A stretch of 64,000 bases of DNA, from positions 1 to 64,000 of the IMG/VR virus record IMGVR_UViG_3300042453_004886; one strand, 5' to 3'. Below the pieces are notes generated by a model. The model had not been told where the DNA came from, searched no databases, and saw nothing but the letters and a program-made list of their open reading frames with translations. The stretch is from a virus. How positions within the stretch are numbered: position 1 is the first letter of the stretch; each line of letters opens with the position of its first letter. A program made the position numbers and the translations under genes. Below, piece by piece: positions 57,901 to 64,000 of this stretch.

Positions 57901-58543
57901 GCAAGAACCCGTACAGGACATCTGGATCGCCGTCTTCTTCCAAGTCGGCATCAATAAAAGAATCGCCTCTTAAACTCAGTCTACGCTTTCTGTAGCAGCG
58001 AGTAAGCTCTCTGGTGAGCATCTCGTCAAGCGTAAAGGTTTTCTTTGAAAAGCAGGAAGAGCAATAAGAAGACGTGAAGTAAAGACTGTACGTACCAATA
58101 AAACGTTTTAAACCAACGCCAAGTTCAAGGCTTAAAAAGGTTTCACTCTTAGATTCTGCTTCCAAAGCATCTTCTCTTTGGTAGTGCAGAGCAGCATCTC
58201 CAATTGCCTCAAAAAACTCAAAAACAAGAGGATGGTTTTGAAAAGCATTCTGATAAAATTCCGAGAAGTCAGAATTAATCTTAATAACGCCCTCAGAAGG
58301 GCTCCAAACAGCAATGCTTTCACCGATCTCTGTATCAAGTTCAGGATCTACTTCTCTGAATACAAGTTTAGTTCTTATAAGATCTGGGTGAGAGCCCGGG
58401 AAAAACCCCGTGATTTTTTCAAGGTTTTTGGCAACAGATGACCAAAAATCTATAAAATTTCTATTACTAAGGATGTTATCCTCTGTCTCTTGAGAAAACT
58501 CAAAAGATACGACCTCGGTTGTATTTTTTAGTTCAGTTTCCAT
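48917..58543 (-). CDS. 3208-aa giant virion protein with C-terminal lytic transglycosylase (SLT-like) domain
   Basis: LAMLAHES.GLNP...GASGISQV...NYIPNI; internal tube/GpU-like segment NIAKINIPGSTPVYQAMG..IEFVGSFLG. Confidence 0.65.
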   Translation of the reverse strand: METELKNTTEVVSFEFSQETEDNILSNRNFIDFWSSVAKNLEKITGFFPGSHPDLIRTKLVFREVDPELDTEIGESIAVWSPSEGVIKINSDFSEFYQNAFQNHPLVFEFFEAIGDAALHYQREDALEAESKSETFLSLELGVGLKRFIGTYSLYFTSSYCSSCFSKKTFTLDEMLTRELTRCYRKRRLSLRGDSFIDADLEEDGDPDVLYGFLLELFYGKFHQVENLCKTGYKTLLNKSNEVTRNTEQEYSDFMVVLSNLFELDISSLLATWGFTNFDYAMEVPADYPNPFDSAPIVVSEYMKQFVDPMVTDREEEAVDIPRLILGSSDALGLGSNDSTVLVLVDEPPEDNESFSGKLAYILGSSLEPNGFNNYISVPFDLGDICDTPVTLLIPRGTVEEFDLGQYLHQVDKYEDDTLIFCNVVHLGKEIVNKTAKVIEDGDDSTDENPTFKLSEIETEITTFAIIAYNDYNETYSYIGDKYAQVVTLEEIPKNIFFNPVTNQNQAIPGGVETIIKVMTSGIDEFGFIDRTFSSHSQIRTADDVIIGEVNSELEVAKDIKIALFSERPSPKFVGAFDVFEDMNHQIDQAKAATVTSNVIGMYGKDMKLETEDIGLQLKNTGELSKKINALHSARTQQEQRKNRAITLNPQHVKTYKLAVKAANAELFEQTKNLLNFKALLNLYNSLSPDEQKSIQSINTRYPIIISNFTSEDTLVNLYTLERMLATDALYAVSTINNPVPTSSLSTEMLTGIARAIYNIISDKRASEINQQVVDTDEIRNIDPPSITDSSSAQNPIQPPQVVNPSIDPKSVFDPVSPSFVLTNTPKNYIPAGSATAIEPPGVAAPPNASVSDKPRSALSMLSDLIVNGPAGVAGAVNDPKNPMSYLNGSFLDNAVSAVKSGVFGMDGFVPVFNPQANPRASASLLGAVAAAAATAMGADAGMAVTLQDALRKAVGDTFVKDGKAAAQIWDTFIKDTLPQVTGSVFKDDPVVQAAVSKVYNDYISPAILSSLEKNETKPVNDAKDAANLESKPGLDNSATPASSPQTNAAAVQPSTATRPLNEFIYNKPAVFKALDIKVEFNPNAIPKERIPDEISGLGFIFNNANGANVPLFDTNQVGEMSYASEAESVDDLPYVFKSLLANATDIKVAQKNPDQIQMQTQKTVDELKKLGVKDAAIQNYKSSKNLENYLDSITSESLLSYLGASGANDQFKGINDFISKKLDSKVVSYTHKVEQKIEFLLPDFKGVIKDLDINAAVATVSENEVHLRVSKEQLYLLSTGKELKLSIPYEVQRHKYIYDKNPYASMFIASVPYDEIGNVLPSVTPNTSGEYTYIEDFQINIKNRTFFVNGQLGKDKPSTVPGDTTLQDVLLVNSEKSIKIQDVFRDVPGPVEPKFYYLDMVIKPTPGGGVKIFDPNKSTSDLSYVVFKISLKSEYREVSDKLDKNGDYSSNVIVTKFSSSSGPNFISFGLNEDIYYADDQQITVPVYNSNPRSKIYTSVFKGDVDNVVSGKVKHLSFKSNNLASPNKGSYSGVNKNRFLYGSVQVSLSSLTNFYIRPKIAIVDYIGNTSKTYIVSDSVISAFGLNTQTQAKEALEVDPVKGIEVPAGFVGRLNTNKVISFEFNTFKLNNDHGNFDVEINFELEDFTLDNDFYKKTLAERQASFVSPDQISDFFLNQKTDSVLSSILESANKLNSAISYFELKEVGLKPLQMWYSDYKIETEAAADFQTFDLATKKKDVNVVIDNSGKTLDIHTEGFNENIQGKDGLELRARLFEIPATVTPDNKIIFSEAGEEANYTVEFSLDKGKSYSDFNLCVYYTNGTNDFEILSGIINGGMNTRNPVQSRSLKVSSNTNLKENVLGDGPYKFYLGFKTGLDKDAILSIHSISLIKTVNSKEEKTKLGTSSYILASDNPTEVANLKLEDVLQAQLFGYTNTVSGKPLPKLPKLPLRVVNAYERLLDRTNFIVGRNSKNYKQLISKIKEYRDGTNLSVKKNYTSTLILDPEFTIKSGGTTYNFEMMPAVRSASPSQGMQAPGADHGVVFRTNLNIAKINIPGSTPVYQAMGVSDEVIEFVGSFLGEYQPGYTTGQAQGAKGAKFVRDPFNDYRNKDPYDGTTYQYFRAYQESIIIRKLQTAGNICTLTLRSQGQAPVESPEYPEDGINIKVNGFIISFERFIQRDDRVWYKIVFRVTDHKFDDKYKISGLNSEKAPSGKEPSTKVAQASKGKSGSGAAGSGESKKEKSGKKAAGTTTKKRKKPAPARPAARRPGRAVPSNGNPQGKVEKAAQAAGRTASAKSYPGVYEQLRDPKYFPENNRVVTAFINMLKTSTGIPGLSTLVSTSNKTSYPHLPKIIFKPHTNKDGSIDLRYGKFYYSLSYNDSDRRDDLTFTEVVPTRKDLEWFLTAYLSDRSNFSPDRYDVSRPSSSSTKLTMKSDRISAKEGPYLGTIFERYARGTPETPNAFYLYKSASRYVSSERSGTQENYYGTTTVNLKGTINIKTIKHEEKHTENNWQFSYFNSPKTKNYLSLYEEVGLLIDAVTYMLEVLDGDFVVGSTTGNLPKDTLFTPKSGGGGSATSASSGSSSSSSKSRPTTNYRTSQSWAVQLATKSYGSEKDVNALVKKIKLAPDIPNFKPWHLLVTFNKVKDNFNFKAPVFYYYTKTNSETGEKEILENEVIPSENNLQEFLNYLLSVYNPDSNIQDSRFITDNYLNNTGKVFFGAVSITEYPHGLFQLAQRPIRYFETAFLEISKAHQAIYFNTPPGPYRSSRDDVKDLSKVTSTHTTKSKFELVKANSRYTIPERNMTVPAVGTKSISIIDEIKILIASMEYFVNKLSKTVLPADIDLELPQFREPAEKVRPAAPLSKSRKKMLDAAEFDVESNKFYYNGITGRFQLVLTEADARYLKDRLENPSRKQRKVDEIRFDEKGNLAGNDKRLLTKAEYTAVEKAYSGIYSAKTAVEFAETMDDAVYAYLSSFTEMKYTMDDAKTLTYYIADAYNKAFGSNETARLMVPLQTFLAMLAHESIGLNPYILANDGQGYTNDQKLVWNSSTSSFNTGASGISQVLLNTHSQLALSVAVADELDHEAYTNYYKLLNHPLTNKPSKIPRPVKYYTILSAKILYNIITNNYSTSDLKLIDLVNQKKADPVQAGLIAVRGYHSQISGALEAALSQGTKLEYRQFSVEADKRAVNQLGTTSGNENINYIPNILKELQ

Positions 58544-61500
58544 TAGCTACTCAAATCAATCGTTGTTACCGACTCTACAAGAGGAGAAAATTCAACTTCT
58601 TCATAGGTTTCAAATTCATCCATTTTTTCTTGACCATTAAAATAAGCAGAGTCGTAGTTAAGTATTGTAGCAGATTTAAAAACTGAAGTAGTACCATTTT
58701 TTACTTCTGTGATAATTAAGCCAAGTAAACCAGAAAATTTTGCAACAGTACCAGCATCGTTACCAGCAGCGCGTATGAGGCGTTCAAGCAAAGTATCGTC
58801 ATCAAGTTTATTCAGAACTAATGCTATATCTGTATCATCTTCGTCTATATGATTGTAATAAAAATACCTTGATTTTACGGTGTACCCATTTAATAGTGAA
58901 GAAGTATTTTCTATTTTCCAGGTTACTTCTTCTATAAGCACGTCTTCCGCAGAGGTAAAGTAACCTTCAGTACCAAGTTTACTTACTTTTTTATACTTTA
59001 TTGAATCTGTTGTAGTAGTACCTGTTAATAAATTTTGACTAAGTAGGGTCGGTATATACTTTTTAAGTTCATCAGAAAAGCTGTTTACTCTTATCTGCTG
59101 TTCAAATTCTATTTCTTTTACTTCTTCTGATAGCTCAATATCTTGGTAGCTAGTTATAGGTACTTTTTTAACAATACAAATTGGAAGCTTGTACTCTTTT
59201 AAAAGATTTTCATATACTGAAAGTTTTTCTTGGTTGTTGATTAACTTATACTCAAAGTACCCGTCTGGGCCAGATGAGCTATAGTCTCCTCTAAGGTAGA
59301 TAACGTAACTGTTCAGCGCGTCAGAAGTTAGCTTATCAACATGAATTCTAGAAACAAATCCACTAGATAGACCTAAATTACCTGAGTTAGTTCTATCTAT
59401 AAGAAAAGGACTAAACGTACTATCTGGAAAATTCTTTAGCCTTACTTTATTATCGGATACTTCAGTTTCTAGTTGAAACGATTTATATTTAGTTGTACCA
59501 GGAATAAGATCAGTATAGATAAGTTGTTTATTTGTTTCAGTCTGTACAACGTTTAAATCTACAGTAGCGCTGTAGTAAACTGTATACGCGTCTCCTTGAC
59601 TAGGCTCAAGAACTGCAGCAGTCGAGTTGTTTCTCCATTTAATAACTGGATAGGTTCTCTCAGCAGTATTCAAATTACCACTAGTATCTAGTTTTGTTTC
59701 ATATGTTAATTCGTAAACAGCCTGTGGATCTGTTTGGTTTTCATAACCACGTTTAAGAGGTAATGTTTGACCGTTTCTGGTTACTTCTATCTTTTCAACA
59801 TTTACATTACTTATGTAAGCTGGCATAAGTTGATTATTAGAAGATATTGGAAGTCCTAGAAAATCTTTTGGAGAGCTATTGTTGTAGGTAACAGCGTTCA
59901 ATTGTTCTCTGGTCTTAGTTTCTATAAAAAGAACAGAAACTCTACAACCAGATAAGGATGTAAAAGAAGGTGAAATTGGATATTTAGTAGTTTGACTTAC
60001 AAAGTCAAATACTTTATTTATTGAAGTTGTAGTTGTACCTGCAGAGATAGTGGGAAGTACAACATTATCTTCTCTTCCTGCAATATATCTGCCTTCAACA
60101 AAAGCATCGACCACTTTTACTTTTACAGTATTAGTAGAATTTTCTAATTTACGCACTTCAGGGGGTGTTACAAACTTGGTTTTGATAACGCTTTTAAACC
60201 GTTCAGAGAAGAAGTTAGAAGAAATATTTGTAAATTCCCTGTTAGACAAAGAAGAAACAATTTGTCCATTTTTGGTAATGTGTACAGGATAAACACGAAT
60301 AAAAGCTTCTTCTTTTGTAACGCCGTGTGCATTAAAAAACTGCATATCTTCATCAGGAGTGACCTGAGCTTGTCTTATAACCAGATCTGTAATTCCTGCA
60401 GCTGTAAAAGTAGCAGGCATATTTGGAGTTGAGTAGGATGTAAGAGACGCACCAGAAGTCGTAGATAGGTTTTGTCGAACAGCCTGAGTACCTAACTTCA
60501 AGCTTGAAGTAGGTCCAGGAACAAAGTTTGAGTATGAGCTTCCATTAGCCATTACGTACTTGGTAAATTTGGGTCTTCTTTCGTCTGTTTCCGTGTCTGC
60601 CATATGCAGATCGCTTACGTAAATAACCGTACCTTGGGGAAGAGCAGTATCTGGGTGGTAAATTGTAACTCCGATTCTTCTTCCTTTAAAAGTATCCGAA
60701 TTGTTGGTTTGTAAGATATTTAGAACAGCATCAGTAAGCTTAAGTTTTAACTCTACGGAGGAGTCATCAGTTAGAGATTTTTTAAAGTTATTGTTGGAGA
60801 ACAAATCAATAGCAAGAAAACTCTGAGTGTCTGCAATTTGTCCATTAAGGTTTGCTTGAAATACATTAATATACGCTTTTAAATCAGTTGTATTGTATCC
60901 AGAGTTTGCTGGTAACTTTATTCTTACAAAAGCTTTGAGGTATTTATCTCTTTGAAGCTCGGGAAATACTTCAGTTCCACTTATAATATCTATAGTTTCA
61001 TGATTATTAGCCGGTACGACAAATTTTCCACTGTGAACAGCATTGCTAGCCACCTGGACAGATGTTTCTACCGAGGAAAGTAATCTGTTTCCGTTACCAT
61101 CTCTGTAAATAACGGATGCCGCTGCATTGTTATCAAAGTCTGAAGTAACAAGAGTGCCCGCAACCCAAACAGGAACTACCTGTAACCTGTTTGCTCCAGG
61201 TAACCCCAAGTTTTGTCCAGTTGCTTGCTTGATAACAGGGTCTCTTAGGCTCTGGTCTTCGTTTGCCGTAATAACAAACTTGTCCAAGAAAACGCCCATA
61301 AAGCCCCAACCGGATGCAGGCGCCTCTAGGCCAGATACGCTTGGAATATCATGAACAGCACCATCAATCCAAAGCTTGTTATTAGAGTCATCAACAGTTT
61401 TATATTTACCTGAATTTGCAGAATCAGCAGTAACTACCATTCCAGAAACAACGTCACCGTTTTGAAAAATAGCTTCTCCGGCTTGCTGTACTTTGTCTTT

Positions 61501-61626
61501 TAAAAGAGCCTGTATTTCGTTAAACTCGGCAGATTGTGGAACTTCTCCAGCAAGAGCTCTCCACTCTTCGTAGTTTGAAGAGCGAACGTATCTATTAAAA
61601 TAGTTAGGCTCTCTACTGAATTGCAT
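58543..61626 (-). CDS. Baseplate wedge/fibre-attachment protein (DUF4815-like N-terminus)
   Basis: YFNRY...QSAEFNEIQ.LL...GEAIFQNGDVVSG...GLPGANRLQ. Confidence 0.7.
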   Translation of the reverse strand: MQFSREPNYFNRYVRSSNYEEWRALAGEVPQSAEFNEIQALLKDKVQQAGEAIFQNGDVVSGMVVTADSANSGKYKTVDDSNNKLWIDGAVHDIPSVSGLEAPASGWGFMGVFLDKFVITANEDQSLRDPVIKQATGQNLGLPGANRLQVVPVWVAGTLVTSDFDNNAAASVIYRDGNGNRLLSSVETSVQVASNAVHSGKFVVPANNHETIDIISGTEVFPELQRDKYLKAFVRIKLPANSGYNTTDLKAYINVFQANLNGQIADTQSFLAIDLFSNNNFKKSLTDDSSVELKLKLTDAVLNILQTNNSDTFKGRRIGVTIYHPDTALPQGTVIYVSDLHMADTETDERRPKFTKYVMANGSSYSNFVPGPTSSLKLGTQAVRQNLSTTSGASLTSYSTPNMPATFTAAGITDLVIRQAQVTPDEDMQFFNAHGVTKEEAFIRVYPVHITKNGQIVSSLSNREFTNISSNFFSERFKSVIKTKFVTPPEVRKLENSTNTVKVKVVDAFVEGRYIAGREDNVVLPTISAGTTTTSINKVFDFVSQTTKYPISPSFTSLSGCRVSVLFIETKTREQLNAVTYNNSSPKDFLGLPISSNNQLMPAYISNVNVEKIEVTRNGQTLPLKRGYENQTDPQAVYELTYETKLDTSGNLNTAERTYPVIKWRNNSTAAVLEPSQGDAYTVYYSATVDLNVVQTETNKQLIYTDLIPGTTKYKSFQLETEVSDNKVRLKNFPDSTFSPFLIDRTNSGNLGLSSGFVSRIHVDKLTSDALNSYVIYLRGDYSSSGPDGYFEYKLINNQEKLSVYENLLKEYKLPICIVKKVPITSYQDIELSEEVKEIEFEQQIRVNSFSDELKKYIPTLLSQNLLTGTTTTDSIKYKKVSKLGTEGYFTSAEDVLIEEVTWKIENTSSLLNGYTVKSRYFYYNHIDEDDTDIALVLNKLDDDTLLERLIRAAGNDAGTVAKFSGLLGLIITEVKNGTTSVFKSATILNYDSAYFNGQEKMDEFETYEEVEFSPLVESVTTIDLSS

Positions 61627-61636
61627 CTAAATCTCC

Positions 61637-62203
61637 CTAAATCTGAATAACCAGCTGAAGCTTTTTGCTCTGTCCGCTAGTGATATTTATAGCACCCCCT
61701 GTTTGATCTGCAAAAGAGTGTGCTACTTGAATAGTGTAGGTAGTATTTGTTGCAATACTGGGAGCCTTGGGAATAAATCCACCTACTCCAGAACTATATG
61801 ATTCTTTGATAGAAAGATTACTTACGATGAAAATACCATTAATTGCAGTATTGGGAGCGTTGTTAAACATCAAAGAACTTACTTCAAAATCTAGATAAAG
61901 CCTCAATCCCGCTACGTTACCGATAGATGCGGAAGAACTATAAAATTTATAGATAGTTGTTTGAGGGGTAGCGCCGCCTGAAACGACCGTAACACCAGCC
62001 TCCCCAGAGGATAAACTTGCAACAGCAGTACAAATAAACTGATTGCTTACAGGAACAATTCCTAACACACCGTCAGTAGTAGGAGAAGCGAAAGATAAGT
62101 CTCCTGGCCACGTATACCCAGGCTGCATCAGCACGCAATAAAGTCGTTGACTTGCAAGTATTTTTAATCTTTCTGCTCTTCCGTCGTTGTGAATAGTAGC
62201 CAT
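61637..62203 (-). CDS. Putative baseplate protein
   Basis: Position within the baseplate operon; beta-rich 188 aa. Confidence 0.55.
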   Translation of the reverse strand: MATIHNDGRAERLKILASQRLYCVLMQPGYTWPGDLSFASPTTDGVLGIVPVSNQFICTAVASLSSGEAGVTVVSGGATPQTTIYKFYSSSASIGNVAGLRLYLDFEVSSLMFNNAPNTAINGIFIVSNLSIKESYSSGVGGFIPKAPSIATNTTYTIQVAHSFADQTGGAINITSGQSKKLQLVIQI

Positions 62204-62223
62204 CTAGTTACCCTCTGTAAGTA

Positions 62224-63369
62224 TTATGGGCCGAAAACCACGGAGTAATTAATTGTAGGGTCTAGGTTTAAAACCACCGATTCGTTGCTACTAGGGTAAG
62301 ATCCCAGATAAATATTTGGCGTGCTGTCTGCAAAATACAATTGAGTATCAAACACTAGTTGCTGAGTCTCCCCTAAAAAAGTAGAAACATGTAATCTTGT
62401 TAGAACTCCTGCAGGACGTATATTTTTAAAAGACTCAGGAACCTCGAAGTTTAAGTTAGTAGTCTTTACGTATACGTCTACAATTCCCCCCGTGTCTTCT
62501 ATATTAAAATATTTTTTTGTAGATCCTTCTAGATAACTAGTATAACTTCCAAGTTGGTTTTTAAGCAAGCGTATTCTTTGTTTTTTTACATCTGCAGGTT
62601 CAATATAATTTCCAGTTTCTGTAAGTCCAGGTATAGAAGTATTTGTTGTAATTCCAGACACTGAAAGTAATTCAGAGTCTAAGAACTGCACAGGGTAAGT
62701 AGAATTTATTTGTTTACTGAACCTTCCATCGCTATAGTAGTTTAAATTGTCGTAGTAATACTTCCTGTATACTTCACATCTTTTGTTAAAACTATCATCT
62801 GACTCACCAACAAATTTAGTAGGAACATAAAGTTTTGCAGAGGGGTAAGGCTTTAAGTTTTTCCAAGTTTCTCTAAGAGATACTTCTCCGTATACGCCAA
62901 AATCAGTCAGATTTTCAAAGTAAGACTTTATTTCTTGGAGTGTTACGCCGGCTGTTTTAAAAACGCTTTTAAGCTCAGTAGCTATTTCTAAAATTCGTGC
63001 TTGGTAATCTTCTACAGTTTCCGTAGAGGCCTTATCCCAAACAATCTGATTGGTTTTTTCTTCACCGTAGTAATCTAAATACGTGTTTTTGACATGCTGT
63101 ATCCAACGATCTGTTACAAGGGGTGGGGTAAGGTACAGGTTTTGATCAAACTCTTTTATGGCATGCACAAACTTTGCAATAGAATCAGACACAGCTATTA
63201 CAATATTTGCAGCTACAGTTCTTGGGGCATTTGTTGTCTGGTTTATACGAGACGCCGCTACACCAAACCAGTTTCTATGTTCAGGGATCTTACTTTTTAA
63301 ATGAAGCGTAACGTCAGTTTTTACGCCATCTAAACTTACGACATTTTGGTTTATTCTATTAAAAGGCAT
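62224..63369 (-). CDS. Putative baseplate wedge protein
   Basis: ETVEDYQARILE...GVTLQEIK...RPAGV pattern; directly follows the baseplate-J-like gene. Confidence 0.6.
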   Translation of the reverse strand: MPFNRINQNVVSLDGVKTDVTLHLKSKIPEHRNWFGVAASRINQTTNAPRTVAANIVIAVSDSIAKFVHAIKEFDQNLYLTPPLVTDRWIQHVKNTYLDYYGEEKTNQIVWDKASTETVEDYQARILEIATELKSVFKTAGVTLQEIKSYFENLTDFGVYGEVSLRETWKNLKPYPSAKLYVPTKFVGESDDSFNKRCEVYRKYYYDNLNYYSDGRFSKQINSTYPVQFLDSELLSVSGITTNTSIPGLTETGNYIEPADVKKQRIRLLKNQLGSYTSYLEGSTKKYFNIEDTGGIVDVYVKTTNLNFEVPESFKNIRPAGVLTRLHVSTFLGETQQLVFDTQLYFADSTPNIYLGSYPSSNESVVLNLDPTINYSVVFGP

Positions 63370-63999
63370 TTAGTTTTCCGCCGATACATTCAAGCTATTA
63401 AGTAAAATAATTTTTCCAGCGGGAAGTGTAACTACTCTGTTACCGCCAGAGCCTGTATACGCTGGCTTTCCCCTTAAAGCTACATCTGAGTAATCGTTTG
63501 GGTATAAAACTTCAATACTAACCCCTCTGTCAGAAACAGCTGCCGTGAAAACAGTTGCTTCAAGTGCAGAAAGATAAATAGTTTGACCAATACTAAGATT
63601 TGAAAAGTAGTTTTTTACAGTTGTCTGAGCAGCTGCCAAAGCGTTAGTTACAGATTCATCTGTGAGTGCTTTAGAAGTCTTTATTTTTACAACGCAATCT
63701 AAAGCAAACACAGGAGGAAGTTTTATGTCGTATCGTATACCGGCTGGCTTTTTTTCTTGTATTCTATTTTCAACTGATTCTTTTACTTTTGCTGGCAAAT
63801 CTCCGGCTTCCCAAGTTTCAGGAGTTACCTCTACTACAATCGAACCAGGATGGTTTCCTTCTATAACGTTATTTATAACCCTTGAGTTGTCGTGAACAAT
63901 TACTGACTTAACTCCAGATACAGACTTGAGGTAATTTTCAATAATACTAATAGTCCCGTAACCAATATTTTGAATATAGGCCTGAAAGCCTCTTCTAGC
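63370..63999 (-). CDS. Baseplate J/gp6-like wedge protein (5' truncated by window edge)
   Basis: Frame open to the window end: ...GTISIIENYLKSVSGVKSV...PGSIVVEV...KKPAGI...IYLSALEA. Confidence 0.75.
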   Translation of the reverse strand, partial: ARRGFQAYIQNIGYGTISIIENYLKSVSGVKSVIVHDNSRVINNVIEGNHPGSIVVEVTPETWEAGDLPAKVKESVENRIQEKKPAGIRYDIKLPPVFALDCVVKIKTSKALTDESVTNALAAAQTTVKNYFSNLSIGQTIYLSALEATVFTAAVSDRGVSIEVLYPNDYSDVALRGKPAYTGSGGNRVVTLPAGKIILLNSLNVSAEN

Positions 64000-64000
64000 C

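Noticed and set aside
482-63895. Numerous antisense or alternate-frame ORFs in the track (e.g. 1843-2613, 5435-6028, 29727-30554, 51968-52579)
   Set aside because: Fully overlap well-supported genes, lack RBS and motifs; shadow ORFs
1-64000. Stop-codon reassignment (alternative genetic code)
   Set aside because: Very long ORFs and tight gene packing are obtained with the standard code, and TAG, TGA and TAA all end genes
1-64000. tRNA genes
   Set aside because: No cloverleaf with a T-loop GTTCRA consensus was found in the intergenic gaps by eye; a tRNAscan-SE/ARAGORN run would confirm

Overview
64-kb fragment of a large contractile-tailed (myovirus-type) bacteriophage genome. Genes fall in alternating blocks. 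(+) 0.2-12.3 kb is a replication operon: SNF2-like, UvsW-like and UvrD helicases, DnaX-like clamp loader plus a probable delta-like partner, SSB-like protein, primase, RNase HII. (-) 12.3-14.1 kb holds PAAR/spike genes. (+) 14.2-18.9 kb holds an Hjc-type resolvase, a Cas4/RecB-like nuclease, HU, HTH proteins and a gp5-OB-like protein. (-) 18.9-27.9 kb holds a 2667-aa tape-measure-like protein, a C5 DNA methyltransferase cassette and an unexplained sORF/structured-RNA unit. (+) 27.9-35.8 kb covers nucleotide metabolism (class II RNR, MazG, P-loop kinase, PhoH) and small ORFs. (-) 35.8-64 kb holds the endolysin, fibres, large terminase, two paralogous ~1120-aa proteins, a 3208-aa protein and baseplate genes. 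The RNR resembles, from memory and unverified, the Deinococcus-Thermus type, suggesting a Deinococcota host. Main leads: (1) giant putative virion proteins carrying envelope-attacking folds (PLD-like, gluzincin HExxH, non-catalytic amidase, SLT); (2) a self-contained unit at 27.65-27.9 kb with a 13-aa ORF followed by a near-perfect complement of the 16S rRNA 3' end and no start codon. No tRNA, rRNA, CRISPR array, integrase, DNA polymerase, portal or major capsid gene was recognised. All domain calls come from motif reading, not database searches.
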